Assembly: GCA_964360335.1 (NCBI GenBank)
Contig: CAYHVH010000002.1
Location: 804 to 64,803, forward strand
Length of the DNA: 64,000 bases
Source: an uncultured Candidatus Saccharibacteria bacterium
Lineage (GTDB): Bacteria; Patescibacteriota; Doudnabacteria; UBA920; 2-01-FULL-46-14
Direction: 5' to 3'
Shown here: in pieces, positions 47,844-56,707 of the stretch
How the letters are laid out: every line of letters starts with the position of its first letter
How positions within the stretch are numbered: position 1 is the stretch's first letter
The notes under the pieces: model-generated
What the model was told of the DNA's origin: nothing
Seen by the model: only the letters and a program-made list of their open reading frames with translations
The model's database searches: none
Translations under genes and position numbers: made by a program

Positions 47844-49128
47844 CGACTTGGTAGAATTATTTCGCTTAGTCGTTTTTGTCCTCCTCAAGGGCGGCTGGGT
47901 GGTGCTGGTCGCCGCCCTGATTTACATGTTTTGGAAGCTCTACATCGATTATATTCAAATCCGATATTACAATCAGCAGGAATGGGTGTATCTCAGCATA
48001 TCCGCCCCGCGGGAAAGCGAGAAAAGCCCGCTGGCTTTTGAACAGATTTTCAACCAGCTCCATGCCATACACTCTACCTACCAGCCGGCGGAAAGATACA
48101 TCGAGGGCAAAATTCACATTTGGTTTACCTGGGAAATGGTGGGGATTGGCGGGACAATCAGCAACTTTGTAAAAATTCTCACCAAGCACCGCGACACGCT
48201 GGAAGCGGCAATTTATTCCCAATTTCCCGAGGCGGAAATCACGGAAACCGACGATTACTTTGACCGCCTGCCGCGCTACCACACTGACACCTCGGATTTT
48301 GACATCTTTGCTTTCAGCTTCAAGCTCGCTAATCCCGATCCTTACCCGATCCGCAGTTACCTGGATTTCGAACACCCCACTGCCGATACTTTCGTGGATC
48401 CGGTGACCGGGATCTGGGAAGAACTGGGAAAACTCAATCCCTACGAGATGTTTGTCGTCCAGTACCTCATCCGGCCCTGGGATGACAAATGGAAAGTCAA
48501 AGGTTACGAACTAGTCCAAAAGCTGAAAGGCGTGCCGGAGGCCAACAGAAAACCGGCGGGAATTGGCGGGATTATCGGAAAAGTTTTCGGACCCTTCCTC
48601 GATATTTTGATTCGCCCCGAACCGACTATGGCTAGGCCGAAAAAGGAAGAGCCGCCCAGCTTGATGCTCCACCTCTCCGAAGGGGAAAAGATCATTATCG
48701 CTGCGATTGAGCGCAAACTCTCCAAACTCTCTTTCAAGGTCAAGATCCGCTGTCTATATCTCGCCCCGCGGGAAAAATACAACCCCAGTCCCGTCTATAC
48801 TGCGGTAATCGGGGCTTTTAAAAGCTGGCGCGCTACCAACCTCAATGCCCTAAAACCCGACACGGATCACTGGACCAAACCGCATTATTGGGTGGACAAA
48901 GACTGGGAAAAATCGATCCATGAGTTGCGCAACAAATACCGTAAACGCCGATTCTGGTCCCAGATTCGTCGCCGGTTCATCATCCACGGTCGAAAGCATA
49001 TGATGCTGAATTCTGAGGAGCTGGCCACCATTCTACATTTCCCGACCATCGAAGTCACGGTGCCGCGCATTGAGAAGGTTACGGTCACCAAAATCCAGCC
49101 CCCGCCCGAACTTCCCGTAGCCCCATAG
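47836..49128 (+). CDS. Conserved membrane-anchored hypothetical protein, partner of the downstream ATPase
   Basis: One TM segment; KSPLAFEQ, IYSQFPEAEI, YPIRSY, LNSEELATILHFP. Confidence 0.75.
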   Translation: MFSDLVELFRLVVFVLLKGGWVVLVAALIYMFWKLYIDYIQIRYYNQQEWVYLSISAPRESEKSPLAFEQIFNQLHAIHSTYQPAERYIEGKIHIWFTWEMVGIGGTISNFVKILTKHRDTLEAAIYSQFPEAEITETDDYFDRLPRYHTDTSDFDIFAFSFKLANPDPYPIRSYLDFEHPTADTFVDPVTGIWEELGKLNPYEMFVVQYLIRPWDDKWKVKGYELVQKLKGVPEANRKPAGIGGIIGKVFGPFLDILIRPEPTMARPKKEEPPSLMLHLSEGEKIIIAAIERKLSKLSFKVKIRCLYLAPREKYNPSPVYTAVIGAFKSWRATNLNALKPDTDHWTKPHYWVDKDWEKSIHELRNKYRKRRFWSQIRRRFIIHGRKHMMLNSEELATILHFPTIEVTVPRIEKVTVTKIQPPPELPVAP

Positions 49129-49159
49129 CAAATTATTTATCCGGCCATAAAAAATTAAA

Positions 49160-50758
49160 ATGTTTAGCAACGCGGGCCTCAACCCAACCAAGGAGCACAT
49201 CAACGTGTTCGCCAGAACGAACTTCCGAAACCGAGAAGTGGCTTTTGGCATCAAGCAGGACGACCGGCGCCGCCATATGTACATCATCGGCAAAACCGGG
49301 ATGGGCAAAACAACGATGATTGAAAACATGATTGTCCAGGACATTATCGCCGGACACGGGGTGGCGTTCGTCGATCCGCATGGCGAATCCGTGGAGAAAA
49401 TCCTCAACTACATACCCACGTCCCGCGTCAATGACGTCATCTATTTTAACCCGGCCGATCTGGATTATCCAATTGCCTTTAATCCCCTAGAATCCGTGGA
49501 CCCAAAATATAAACACCTGGTGGCTTCGGGACTGATGGGGGTATTTACGAAAATTTGGGAAAACGTCTGGAGCGCGCGCATGGAGTACATCCTCAACAAT
49601 ACCATCCTCGCCCTCTTGGACACTCCCGGCAACACCATGCTCGGGATCGCCCGGATGCTCGTGGACAAGCAGTTCCGCAAAAAAATCGTGGACAATATCC
49701 GGGATCCGATTGTCAAATCCTTTTGGGTCGATGAATTTGCCAACTACAACGACCGCTTCCGCAACGAGGCCATTGCTCCGATTCAAAATAAAGTCGGGCA
49801 ATTCCTGTCTTCGGCCATCATCAGGAACATCGTCGGCCAGCCGAAAAGCACGATTGACCTCCGGGAAATTATGGATCAAAAAAAGATTCTCCTTTTGAAC
49901 CTTTCCAAAGGCCGCATCGGGGAAGACAACTCCGCGCTCCTGGGCGCAATGTTCATCACCAAAGTGCAGCTCGCCGCCATGAGCCGGGTGGATATGCCGG
50001 AGGAGAATCGCACTGACTTTTATCTCTACGTCGACGAATTCCAAAATTTCGCCACCGAGTCATTTGCGACCATTCTCTCGGAGGCCAGGAAGTACCATCT
50101 CAACCTCACGATTGCCCACCAGTACATCGAACAGCTCGACGAAAAAGTCGCCGCCGCGGTTTTCGGCAACGTCGGAACGATTATCGTCTTTCGGATCGGC
50201 GCCACGGATGCGGAAGCCCTGGAACCGGAATTCGAACCAATCTTTGAGATGACTGATTTGGTCAACTTGAGCAAATACCACATTTATCTCAAATTGATGA
50301 TTAATGGCGTGGCTTCCCAGCCGTTCTCCGCCGTAACCCTGCCCCCGCTCGCGGAAAAAACTGGAAACGAGGAGAAAATCATCCGGGTGTCGCGCGAACG
50401 TTACAGCCGTCTTCGGGAAAAGATCGAGGAGAAAATTACGCGCTGGATGGGTCAGGAATACCATCAGGAAGCCGCCCAGCAAGATCTCACGGCAGAAGAC
50501 GAAGATCAGGAAAGGGGAGGGGTGATCTTTACCGGCCCCACGGCCCGGAGACCAAACGTCGCCAGCACGGAAATGCCCAAAGCAGCGCCCGCTCCCGAGA
50601 GGCCTCAACCAAAACCGGCGGCGCGGCAGGAACATCCGGTCTGGCAACAGGTCGCCGCAGAAACGCAAAAAAAGACCGAGGAGGCGGCCAAAAAACTCGC
50701 CAAAGGCTTGCGTTTTGACTTCGGCAAAAACAGGCCGGAACCACCCCAACAGCAATAG
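49160..50758 (+). CDS. VirD4/TraG/HerA-like P-loop ATPase
   Basis: DRRRHMYIIGKTGMGKT, DPHGE, LYVDEFQNF, LSEARKY, AHQY. Confidence 0.85.
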   Translation: MFSNAGLNPTKEHINVFARTNFRNREVAFGIKQDDRRRHMYIIGKTGMGKTTMIENMIVQDIIAGHGVAFVDPHGESVEKILNYIPTSRVNDVIYFNPADLDYPIAFNPLESVDPKYKHLVASGLMGVFTKIWENVWSARMEYILNNTILALLDTPGNTMLGIARMLVDKQFRKKIVDNIRDPIVKSFWVDEFANYNDRFRNEAIAPIQNKVGQFLSSAIIRNIVGQPKSTIDLREIMDQKKILLLNLSKGRIGEDNSALLGAMFITKVQLAAMSRVDMPEENRTDFYLYVDEFQNFATESFATILSEARKYHLNLTIAHQYIEQLDEKVAAAVFGNVGTIIVFRIGATDAEALEPEFEPIFEMTDLVNLSKYHIYLKLMINGVASQPFSAVTLPPLAEKTGNEEKIIRVSRERYSRLREKIEEKITRWMGQEYHQEAAQQDLTAEDEDQERGGVIFTGPTARRPNVASTEMPKAAPAPERPQPKPAARQEHPVWQQVAAETQKKTEEAAKKLAKGLRFDFGKNRPEPPQQQ

Positions 50759-50779
50759 AGTGCCACAGAAAGAAACGAT

Positions 50780-51625
50780 CTACAGGCTACAACTGCTGCT
50801 CTTGTCTCGTTCCACGGGTAGCAACTGTTTCAAAACCTCCTGATAGCCGCTGGCGCTGGAATACGGTACACCTAAAACAACTTTCGGATCAACATCAATC
50901 CACTCCAAACCTTTGGTGGCAAGGTATTTAGCGATCGTTAGATAGGTGCCCGGAAACCAAAACGAATTGACCTGAAGAGCGACTTGATACATCTCGGTTT
51001 CGGAAACGCCCTGAGCGGCCATAAGTTCCAAAAGTCCGAGCATTGCCATGCCGTGGTTGCAATCCGGAAAATAGGTCGGGTTATCGCAGCAGGGGCGATA
51101 GATATTTTTGGAAACCCGCTCGACCAAAGCTTGTTCCTGGGCATTGAGCGGCACGAACTGATATTTCGCATAATGTTCCATGGCGTTTCCCTTAGAGAGG
51201 GTCCAGCCGCCGGTTGAAGCAAAAACTTGAGCACCGCCGTATTGCGGATCGGTCATCGGCCCGCGTTCCAAAATTTCGTTCTTGTTGCTCAGGCCAAAGC
51301 CCCAGAGTAAAGTTAGCAAAAAATTGGCATTGGCCGCGGTTATTTTTATGTTGCCATCAACTTTCTCGGTCAAGAGTCTGTTATTCTCGCCACTCAAGTC
51401 GCCCGAGGGACCATAAACTGCCTGAAGCTTTTCTGGATCAAGCACCCCTCTCTCAACCATTTTAATCCCGAGGTCGCCCCAGGTTATCGGCAAAATCACT
51501 CCCCCTGGCGGCAAAACGGATTTCTCCAGATCGGCAGTATCGGTTTTTACCTCAACTCTGCTGCCCAGAATCACTAAAACGGCTAGGAGCAAACCCAAGA
51601 CGACTGGATAAAACTTTTCTGTCAT
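50780..51625 (-). CDS. Membrane-anchored Cys/His-motif protein in the copper operon
   Basis: N-terminal TM; FASTGGWT; YRPCCDNPTYFPDCNHGMA; C-terminal SCSL. Confidence 0.75.
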   Translation of the reverse strand: MTEKFYPVVLGLLLAVLVILGSRVEVKTDTADLEKSVLPPGGVILPITWGDLGIKMVERGVLDPEKLQAVYGPSGDLSGENNRLLTEKVDGNIKITAANANFLLTLLWGFGLSNKNEILERGPMTDPQYGGAQVFASTGGWTLSKGNAMEHYAKYQFVPLNAQEQALVERVSKNIYRPCCDNPTYFPDCNHGMAMLGLLELMAAQGVSETEMYQVALQVNSFWFPGTYLTIAKYLATKGLEWIDVDPKVVLGVPYSSASGYQEVLKQLLPVERDKSSSCSL

Positions 51626-51632
51626 ACGGAAC

Positions 51633-53792
51633 TTAGAGTTTCTGTCTTCTTAAGAATAAAGCGTTAATGGCCACAATAATCGTGCTCAAAGACATAAAGA
51701 CGGCGGCCAAGGCGGGTTGTAACAAAATACCTTTAAAAGCCAAAACCCCAGCGGCCAGGGGCAGGGCTACGACGTTGTAGCCGGTAGCCCAGAACAAGTT
51801 TTGAATCATTTTCCGGTAAGTGGTCCGCGAGAGTTTGATAATCTTTACGATGTCGCGCGGGTCATTTTTGACCAAAATTATTCCCGCTGATTCGATTGCT
51901 ACATTGGTTCCCGCCCCAATGGCAATCCCAATATCGGCGTGCGTCAAGGCCGGCGCATCGTTTACGCCGTCCCCGACCATGGCGACTTTGTACCCCTTGG
52001 CCTGCAAAAGTTTAACCTTTGCCGATTTGGCCCCGGGCAAGACCCTGGCAAAGTATTCGTCAATGCCCAGCTCACTCGCGACCCAAAGGGCGACCTCTTC
52101 CGAATCACCGGTGAGCATCGCGACCTTTACCCCCATGGTTTTTAAGTCTTTTACCGCTTGTCGCGATTCCTCGCGGATCAAATCAGAAAGAGCAATAACG
52201 CCCAGGAGGCTGTTTTCCATGACCACGTAGATGATGGTTTTACCAAGACCGGCGAGATGCGAAATTTCAGGCAAGAGGTTAACCGGAACTACTACCCCCA
52301 GGTCCTTCAAGAGCGCCTCGCTGCCGACATAAACCATCTGATCTTTAATTTTGGCCTTGGCTCCAAGTCCCGGGATTCTTAGGAAATCACTGACCTCAAG
52401 CAATTGCAATTTTGACTCCTCGGCTCTTTTGACAATCGCTCGAGCAATATAGTGCTCCGACCCCCGGTCGACCGAGGCCGCGTACTCCAAAACTTTCGCG
52501 ACACCCTGTGCCCTATCTCCTAGCTCTGGTCCAAGATTGGGAAGCACTCGTTCTACGCCAAACTCACCTGTAGTTAAAGTACCCGTTTTATCAAAAAGCA
52601 CCATGTCGAGCTTTCGGGCGGCTTCCAAAGCCATCCTTTGTTTAACTAGAAGTCCGTTGCGGGCCGCTAGGGTGGTGGAAATGGAGGCGACCAGAGGAAC
52701 GGCCAGGCCCAAGGCGTGGGGGCAGGCGATAACGAGCACGGCCACCAACCGTTCGGTCGCGAAAACTACCCCAGCCCGCGCCAAAAGCCAGACAACGAAG
52801 GTCAGAGTGCCAGTGGCGATGGCAATTATTGTTAGATAAAAAGCCGCACGGTCGGAAAGAACCTGGAGTCGAGACTTAGACGCTTGAGCCTCCGCCACGA
52901 GTCTCATCACCCCGGCCAGAAAAGTAGACTCACCAATTTTGTTGACGCGAATCTGGAGGCTCCCGTCCCCATTGATTGTCCCAGCAATCACCTGACTGCC
53001 AACCGTTTTCTCCACTGGCTTTGACTCGCCGGTAACAATTGATTCATTAACTTCTGACTTGCCCTTAATGACCGCGGCATCAGAGGGGACCTTACCTCCA
53101 GGTTTTACCAAAACAATGTCCCCGACGCGGAGCTCGGCTAGAGGAATAATTTTTGTGCTATTCCCGCTAACCACCTCGGCGGTATCCGGCAAAAGTTTCG
53201 AAAGCTCCTTGAGGGCGCCCTGCGCTCCTTGGACGGCTTTCATCTCCAGGTAGTGACCGAGAAGCATGATAGTGATCAGGGTCACAAGCTCCCAAAACAG
53301 GGTATGGGGACTGCCCCGCAGAGTTTCAAAAACACTAAAAAGATAAGCCGCCGAGATCGCGACCGCGATAAGAGTCATCATCCCCGGCAAACGCGCCCTT
53401 AGCTCCCGCCAGGCCCCTGCTAAAAAGACCCAGCCGCCGTAGAAGAAGACGATTGAGCCCAAGCCCAACGCCAGGTACTGCGCGCCCGGGAACGGGGGAG
53501 CCGTGATCTTTAAGAGCTCTTTCGCCAAGTCAGAATACCAGAGTACCGGAACCGTCAAAATCAAACTCACCCAGAATTTCCGAGCAAATTGAGCAAGGCT
53601 ATGGCCTTCGTGTTTATTGAACCCTTCGTGCTGCTCATGTCCCGACTGTTTCGCCTCGCCCCTTTCGCTTTTCGCCTTGACCAGAGCCATCCCGCATTCC
53701 GGGCAAATCCCGGGACCATCCTGCCGGACCTCCGGGTGCATGGGGCAGATGTATACCTGCTCCTCCTTTTGTCCGTGATTTTGCGCGTCCAT
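51633..53792 (-). CDS. copB: P1B-type heavy-metal ATPase (CopB-like)
   Basis: YICPMHP...CPECGM and His-rich N-terminus; CPHALGL; DKTGT; SEH; GDGVNDAPAL. Confidence 0.9.
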   Translation of the reverse strand: MDAQNHGQKEEQVYICPMHPEVRQDGPGICPECGMALVKAKSERGEAKQSGHEQHEGFNKHEGHSLAQFARKFWVSLILTVPVLWYSDLAKELLKITAPPFPGAQYLALGLGSIVFFYGGWVFLAGAWRELRARLPGMMTLIAVAISAAYLFSVFETLRGSPHTLFWELVTLITIMLLGHYLEMKAVQGAQGALKELSKLLPDTAEVVSGNSTKIIPLAELRVGDIVLVKPGGKVPSDAAVIKGKSEVNESIVTGESKPVEKTVGSQVIAGTINGDGSLQIRVNKIGESTFLAGVMRLVAEAQASKSRLQVLSDRAAFYLTIIAIATGTLTFVVWLLARAGVVFATERLVAVLVIACPHALGLAVPLVASISTTLAARNGLLVKQRMALEAARKLDMVLFDKTGTLTTGEFGVERVLPNLGPELGDRAQGVAKVLEYAASVDRGSEHYIARAIVKRAEESKLQLLEVSDFLRIPGLGAKAKIKDQMVYVGSEALLKDLGVVVPVNLLPEISHLAGLGKTIIYVVMENSLLGVIALSDLIREESRQAVKDLKTMGVKVAMLTGDSEEVALWVASELGIDEYFARVLPGAKSAKVKLLQAKGYKVAMVGDGVNDAPALTHADIGIAIGAGTNVAIESAGIILVKNDPRDIVKIIKLSRTTYRKMIQNLFWATGYNVVALPLAAGVLAFKGILLQPALAAVFMSLSTIIVAINALFLRRQKL

Positions 53793-53796
53793 ATCC

Positions 53797-54072
53797 TTAT
53801 TGCTCCGTCTGCTTAGTAAGGGAATTATACATTACGGCAAACAAATAATCCGCTGCCCAAGCCACAATCACGATACTAACCAGGCCGAACAGGAAGGAAC
53901 CGAAAGTTACGTCAACACCTTTGATTTTAGCAAGGTCGATCGCATGAAACCATGAGTTTCCGAGGGAGATTAAGAAATCCGGAGCTCCTACTGTCAATCC
54001 TACGCACACGACATAAAGGATGCCGACAATGACCGCCGAGGCATTGGCAAAAGCTTTAGCATTAAGTTTCAT
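53797..54072 (-). CDS. Small membrane protein (DUF5676-like)
   Basis: YVVC, SWFHAIDL, two to three TM segments. Confidence 0.7.
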   Translation of the reverse strand: MKLNAKAFANASAVIVGILYVVCVGLTVGAPDFLISLGNSWFHAIDLAKIKGVDVTFGSFLFGLVSIVIVAWAADYLFAVMYNSLTKQTEQ

Positions 54073-54518
54073 TTAAATTCACCCCCTTTCCATTCGAAAA
54101 TTCTTAGGGGTATGCTTCCGACATTTTGAATCCTGACCTCAAGACGTGAGGGAAAAGGGGTGAGGGATTTAAACACCAGCCGACCTTCACGGTGATGGCC
54201 GCCAGGCGGATCACCTTCCCAGGCCAGAGCTCCTAGCCGTCTACCCGCGTCGTCAATCAGGATGGCGCTTGCTGACATATCCTCGTCTAATTCAACCGAG
54301 TGAGTATTCAAGGTTACCTTGAACTTCCAAACTGCCGCGTCCGGCGACAGATCTTCCGGCGCCACTTCAACACTTACCGGTCCTTGTTCATCCAGCTTCG
54401 GTTCCCAAGTCCTTCTTGGCACTTCTTGCGATATCGGCGACCCGTCCGACCACAGGAGAAAGAACAGAATGATTCCTGCCGCAACAAACAAAATCAGCCC
54501 TAATTTTTTTAAGTTCAT
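54069..54518 (-). CDS. Secreted/membrane-anchored hypothetical protein
   Basis: One TM segment; LNTHSVEL, WEGDPPGGHHREG. Confidence 0.75.
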   Translation of the reverse strand: MNLKKLGLILFVAAGIILFFLLWSDGSPISQEVPRRTWEPKLDEQGPVSVEVAPEDLSPDAAVWKFKVTLNTHSVELDEDMSASAILIDDAGRRLGALAWEGDPPGGHHREGRLVFKSLTPFPSRLEVRIQNVGSIPLRIFEWKGGEFK

Positions 54519-54976
54519 AGCGCTGCCTGCTTTCTGAATTGCATCACCCGCCTACCAACATAAGCGATTCCAAAAAGGTTGAAGGCCAACCCGACCCAAA
54601 AAAATTGTGTTTGGTATTGCGCGGCGACGCTCAAGAAACCGGAGATTCCCAAGATCGGCACTAAATTTACGAGATAATGGGCGCAACAGGAGATCATTGC
54701 GGCTGTGGAAGTCGTTCCGGAAACCGCCAAGACTTTGCCTGAAGAACCACCAGCGCGGTGAACTGAGTTTTTGAGGTATGTAAAGAGGCTTACTTGGATG
54801 CCAAAGCCGATAGCTAAAGCCAAAATGAAATACCAAAAACTTCTAAATTGATCTCTTGCGAAGGTCCAATCGTTTAACGAGGTCAGAACAAAAAAATAGA
54901 CAGCAAGCAAGATGCTACTTGCTAATATGCCAAAAAATGCGGCCCTTATTTTGAGGCTATTTTCTCTTGGAGACAT
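54515..54976 (-). CDS. Membrane protein with CCAH motif
   Basis: Four TM segments; AMISCCAHYL. Confidence 0.75.
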   Translation of the reverse strand: MSPRENSLKIRAAFFGILASSILLAVYFFVLTSLNDWTFARDQFRSFWYFILALAIGFGIQVSLFTYLKNSVHRAGGSSGKVLAVSGTTSTAAMISCCAHYLVNLVPILGISGFLSVAAQYQTQFFWVGLAFNLFGIAYVGRRVMQFRKQAAL

Positions 54977-55226
54977 TGAAGACTGAAAGGATTTCCCTAA
55001 TGGCTTTACCCTCTTTACCGGATTTCATTTGCTCGATGACGTGGGTTTCAAGATGGTTCCCTAGGAGCAAATCCTCTACGCTGGAGAGCGCTTCTTTCAC
55101 CGCTTGCGACTGGTTGATGATATCAATGCAGTACTTGTCTTCGTCAACCAACCGCTCAAGACCGCGCACCTGGCCCTCAACAATCTTCAGTCGTCTAATC
55201 AGTTTGTTTCTGATATCGTGTTTCAT
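54957..55226 (-). CDS. csoR: CsoR/RcnR-family metal-sensing repressor
   Basis: RLKIVEGQVRGL..LV...YCIDI..Q..AV..AL...HL.TH. Confidence 0.9.
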   Translation of the reverse strand: MKHDIRNKLIRRLKIVEGQVRGLERLVDEDKYCIDIINQSQAVKEALSSVEDLLLGNHLETHVIEQMKSGKEGKAIREILSVFNVSKRK

Positions 55227-55245
55227 AATTTTGCATTTTCTTCAC

Positions 55246-55281
55246 TTTTCCGCCAAAGGCGGATCCGCCTCGGGCGGAAAA
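55246..55281. repeat. TCCGCCAAAGGCGGATCCGCC..GGCGGA palindromic repeat in the csoR leader
   Basis: Double hairpin flanked by TTTT/AAAA. Confidence 0.7.
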
Positions 55282-55293
55282 CTTTGTACTTCC

Positions 55294-55322
55294 ATGATAC
55301 CCCCAGGGGGTATATCTGTCAA
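55294..55322 (-). promoter_or_regulatory. csoR operon promoter with CsoR operator in the spacer
   Basis: Minus strand TTGACA-17 bp-TATCAT; operator ATACCCCCAGGGGGTAT (55297-55313) has the CsoR-type TAC/C-tract/G-tract/GTA pattern. Confidence 0.85.
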
Positions 55323-55393
55323 GAGTCGATATTCTTCGAGCGAAGTCGAGAAGAGTTCTCGACAGGCTCGAACAATAATATTATAATTTAGCT

Positions 55394-56584
55394 ATGAAAA
55401 AAGTTCATCCTGAGCGTAGCCGAAGGATTCTGGTAGCAATGAGCGGGGGTGTGGACTCTTCGGTGGCGGCGGCCTTGCTAAAAAAGCAAGGTTATCTAGT
55501 GGTGGGCGCGTATATGAAAAACTTCTCCGAAGAGTCCTGGAAAGGAGTGATCAAAGCCGATTGTCCATGGCGGCAGGACCTCGCGGACGCCCGCGCAGTC
55601 TGCGAACTTTTGGGAATTGAGCTTCGGAGCTTTAATTTCGAAAAAGAGTATTCAGAAAAGGTCATCGAATACTTTTTCGCCGAGTATGCCGCCGGCCGGA
55701 CTCCCAATCCCGACATCAAGTGCAATAAAGAAATTAAATTTGGCTTATTTTTGGAAAAGGCCCTGGGGTTAGGCTTTGATTATATCGCCACCGGACATTA
55801 TGCGCGGATTCGAAAGGCTAACGCCCCCCAACCCCCGCTTAAGGTAAGAGGGGGAGAGGGGGAGTTATGCCTTCTCAAAGGCCGCGACCCTCAAAAAGAT
55901 CAGTCTTACTTTCTCTACACCCTCACCCAAAACCAACTCGCTCGGACTTTATTTCCGATCGGCAAGTACACCAAGCTCCAAGTCCGGGCCTTGGCGCGAA
56001 AATTCGGCCTCCCCAACGCCGAAAAAAAGGACTCGCAGGGAGTGTGCTTTGTCGGGCACATCAACTTACGCGAATTCTTGAAGCAGCGAATACCCGAAAG
56101 GGTAGGGGAGATTGTTACGACTTCCGGACAAGTCATTGGATCTCATCATGGCGCTGCCTACTTTACGATTGGCCAAAGGGAAGGAATAGGAATTGGCGGC
56201 GGTAGCCCTTATTATGTTGTGCAAAAGGACGTCATAAAGAATCGGGTAGTCGTCGCACGAAAAACTTTAGTCCCTGAGCTTGCCCCCCCGCCGAAGCCAG
56301 GCGAAGGCTGGGTCGAGGGGCCACCGACTTTGTATTCAAAATCCGTGATGGTCAAGGACATTCACTGGATTGGTGAAAAACCCAAACTGCCGCTTAAGTG
56401 TTCTGCCAAAATCCGCTACCAGCAAGAAGATCAGGAGTGCGCTGTATTTCCCTCCCCAGGCGTGGGGAGGGTAGGGGAGAGGTCGCTCTTGGTCAAATTC
56501 AAAATCCCCCAGTTCGCCCCTGCTCCCGGCCAGGCGGTAGTGTTTTATGACGGCGAAAAGGTCTTAGGAGGCGGTACTATTTAA
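55394..56584 (+). CDS. mnmA: tRNA 2-thiouridylase MnmA with four repeat-derived insertions
   Basis: AMSGGVDSS, TPNPDIKCN, ATGHYA, KDQSYFL, KKDSQGVCF, TIGQR, PGQAVVFY. Confidence 0.95.
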   Translation: MKKVHPERSRRILVAMSGGVDSSVAAALLKKQGYLVVGAYMKNFSEESWKGVIKADCPWRQDLADARAVCELLGIELRSFNFEKEYSEKVIEYFFAEYAAGRTPNPDIKCNKEIKFGLFLEKALGLGFDYIATGHYARIRKANAPQPPLKVRGGEGELCLLKGRDPQKDQSYFLYTLTQNQLARTLFPIGKYTKLQVRALARKFGLPNAEKKDSQGVCFVGHINLREFLKQRIPERVGEIVTTSGQVIGSHHGAAYFTIGQREGIGIGGGSPYYVVQKDVIKNRVVVARKTLVPELAPPPKPGEGWVEGPPTLYSKSVMVKDIHWIGEKPKLPLKCSAKIRYQQEDQECAVFPSPGVGRVGERSLLVKFKIPQFAPAPGQAVVFYDGEKVLGGGTI

Positions 56585-56635
56585 GAAGTTTCCGCTTGCT
56601 CACTTTTGCGCGATCGCACAAAAGTTGACAATCAA

Positions 56636-56666
56636 AAAACGGCTCAACCGACGGTTGAGCCGTTTT
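56636..56666. terminator. Bidirectional terminator between mnmA and hppA
   Basis: AAAACGGCTCAACCG-A-CGGTTGAGCCGTTTT. Confidence 0.75.
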
Positions 56667-56707
56667 GCGGACTAGATTCTTCGCTACGCTCAGAATGACG
56701 AGAAAAA

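Noticed and set aside
49160-50758. Conjugative element
   Set aside because: No relaxase, VirB4, pilus genes, integrase or att sites nearby.
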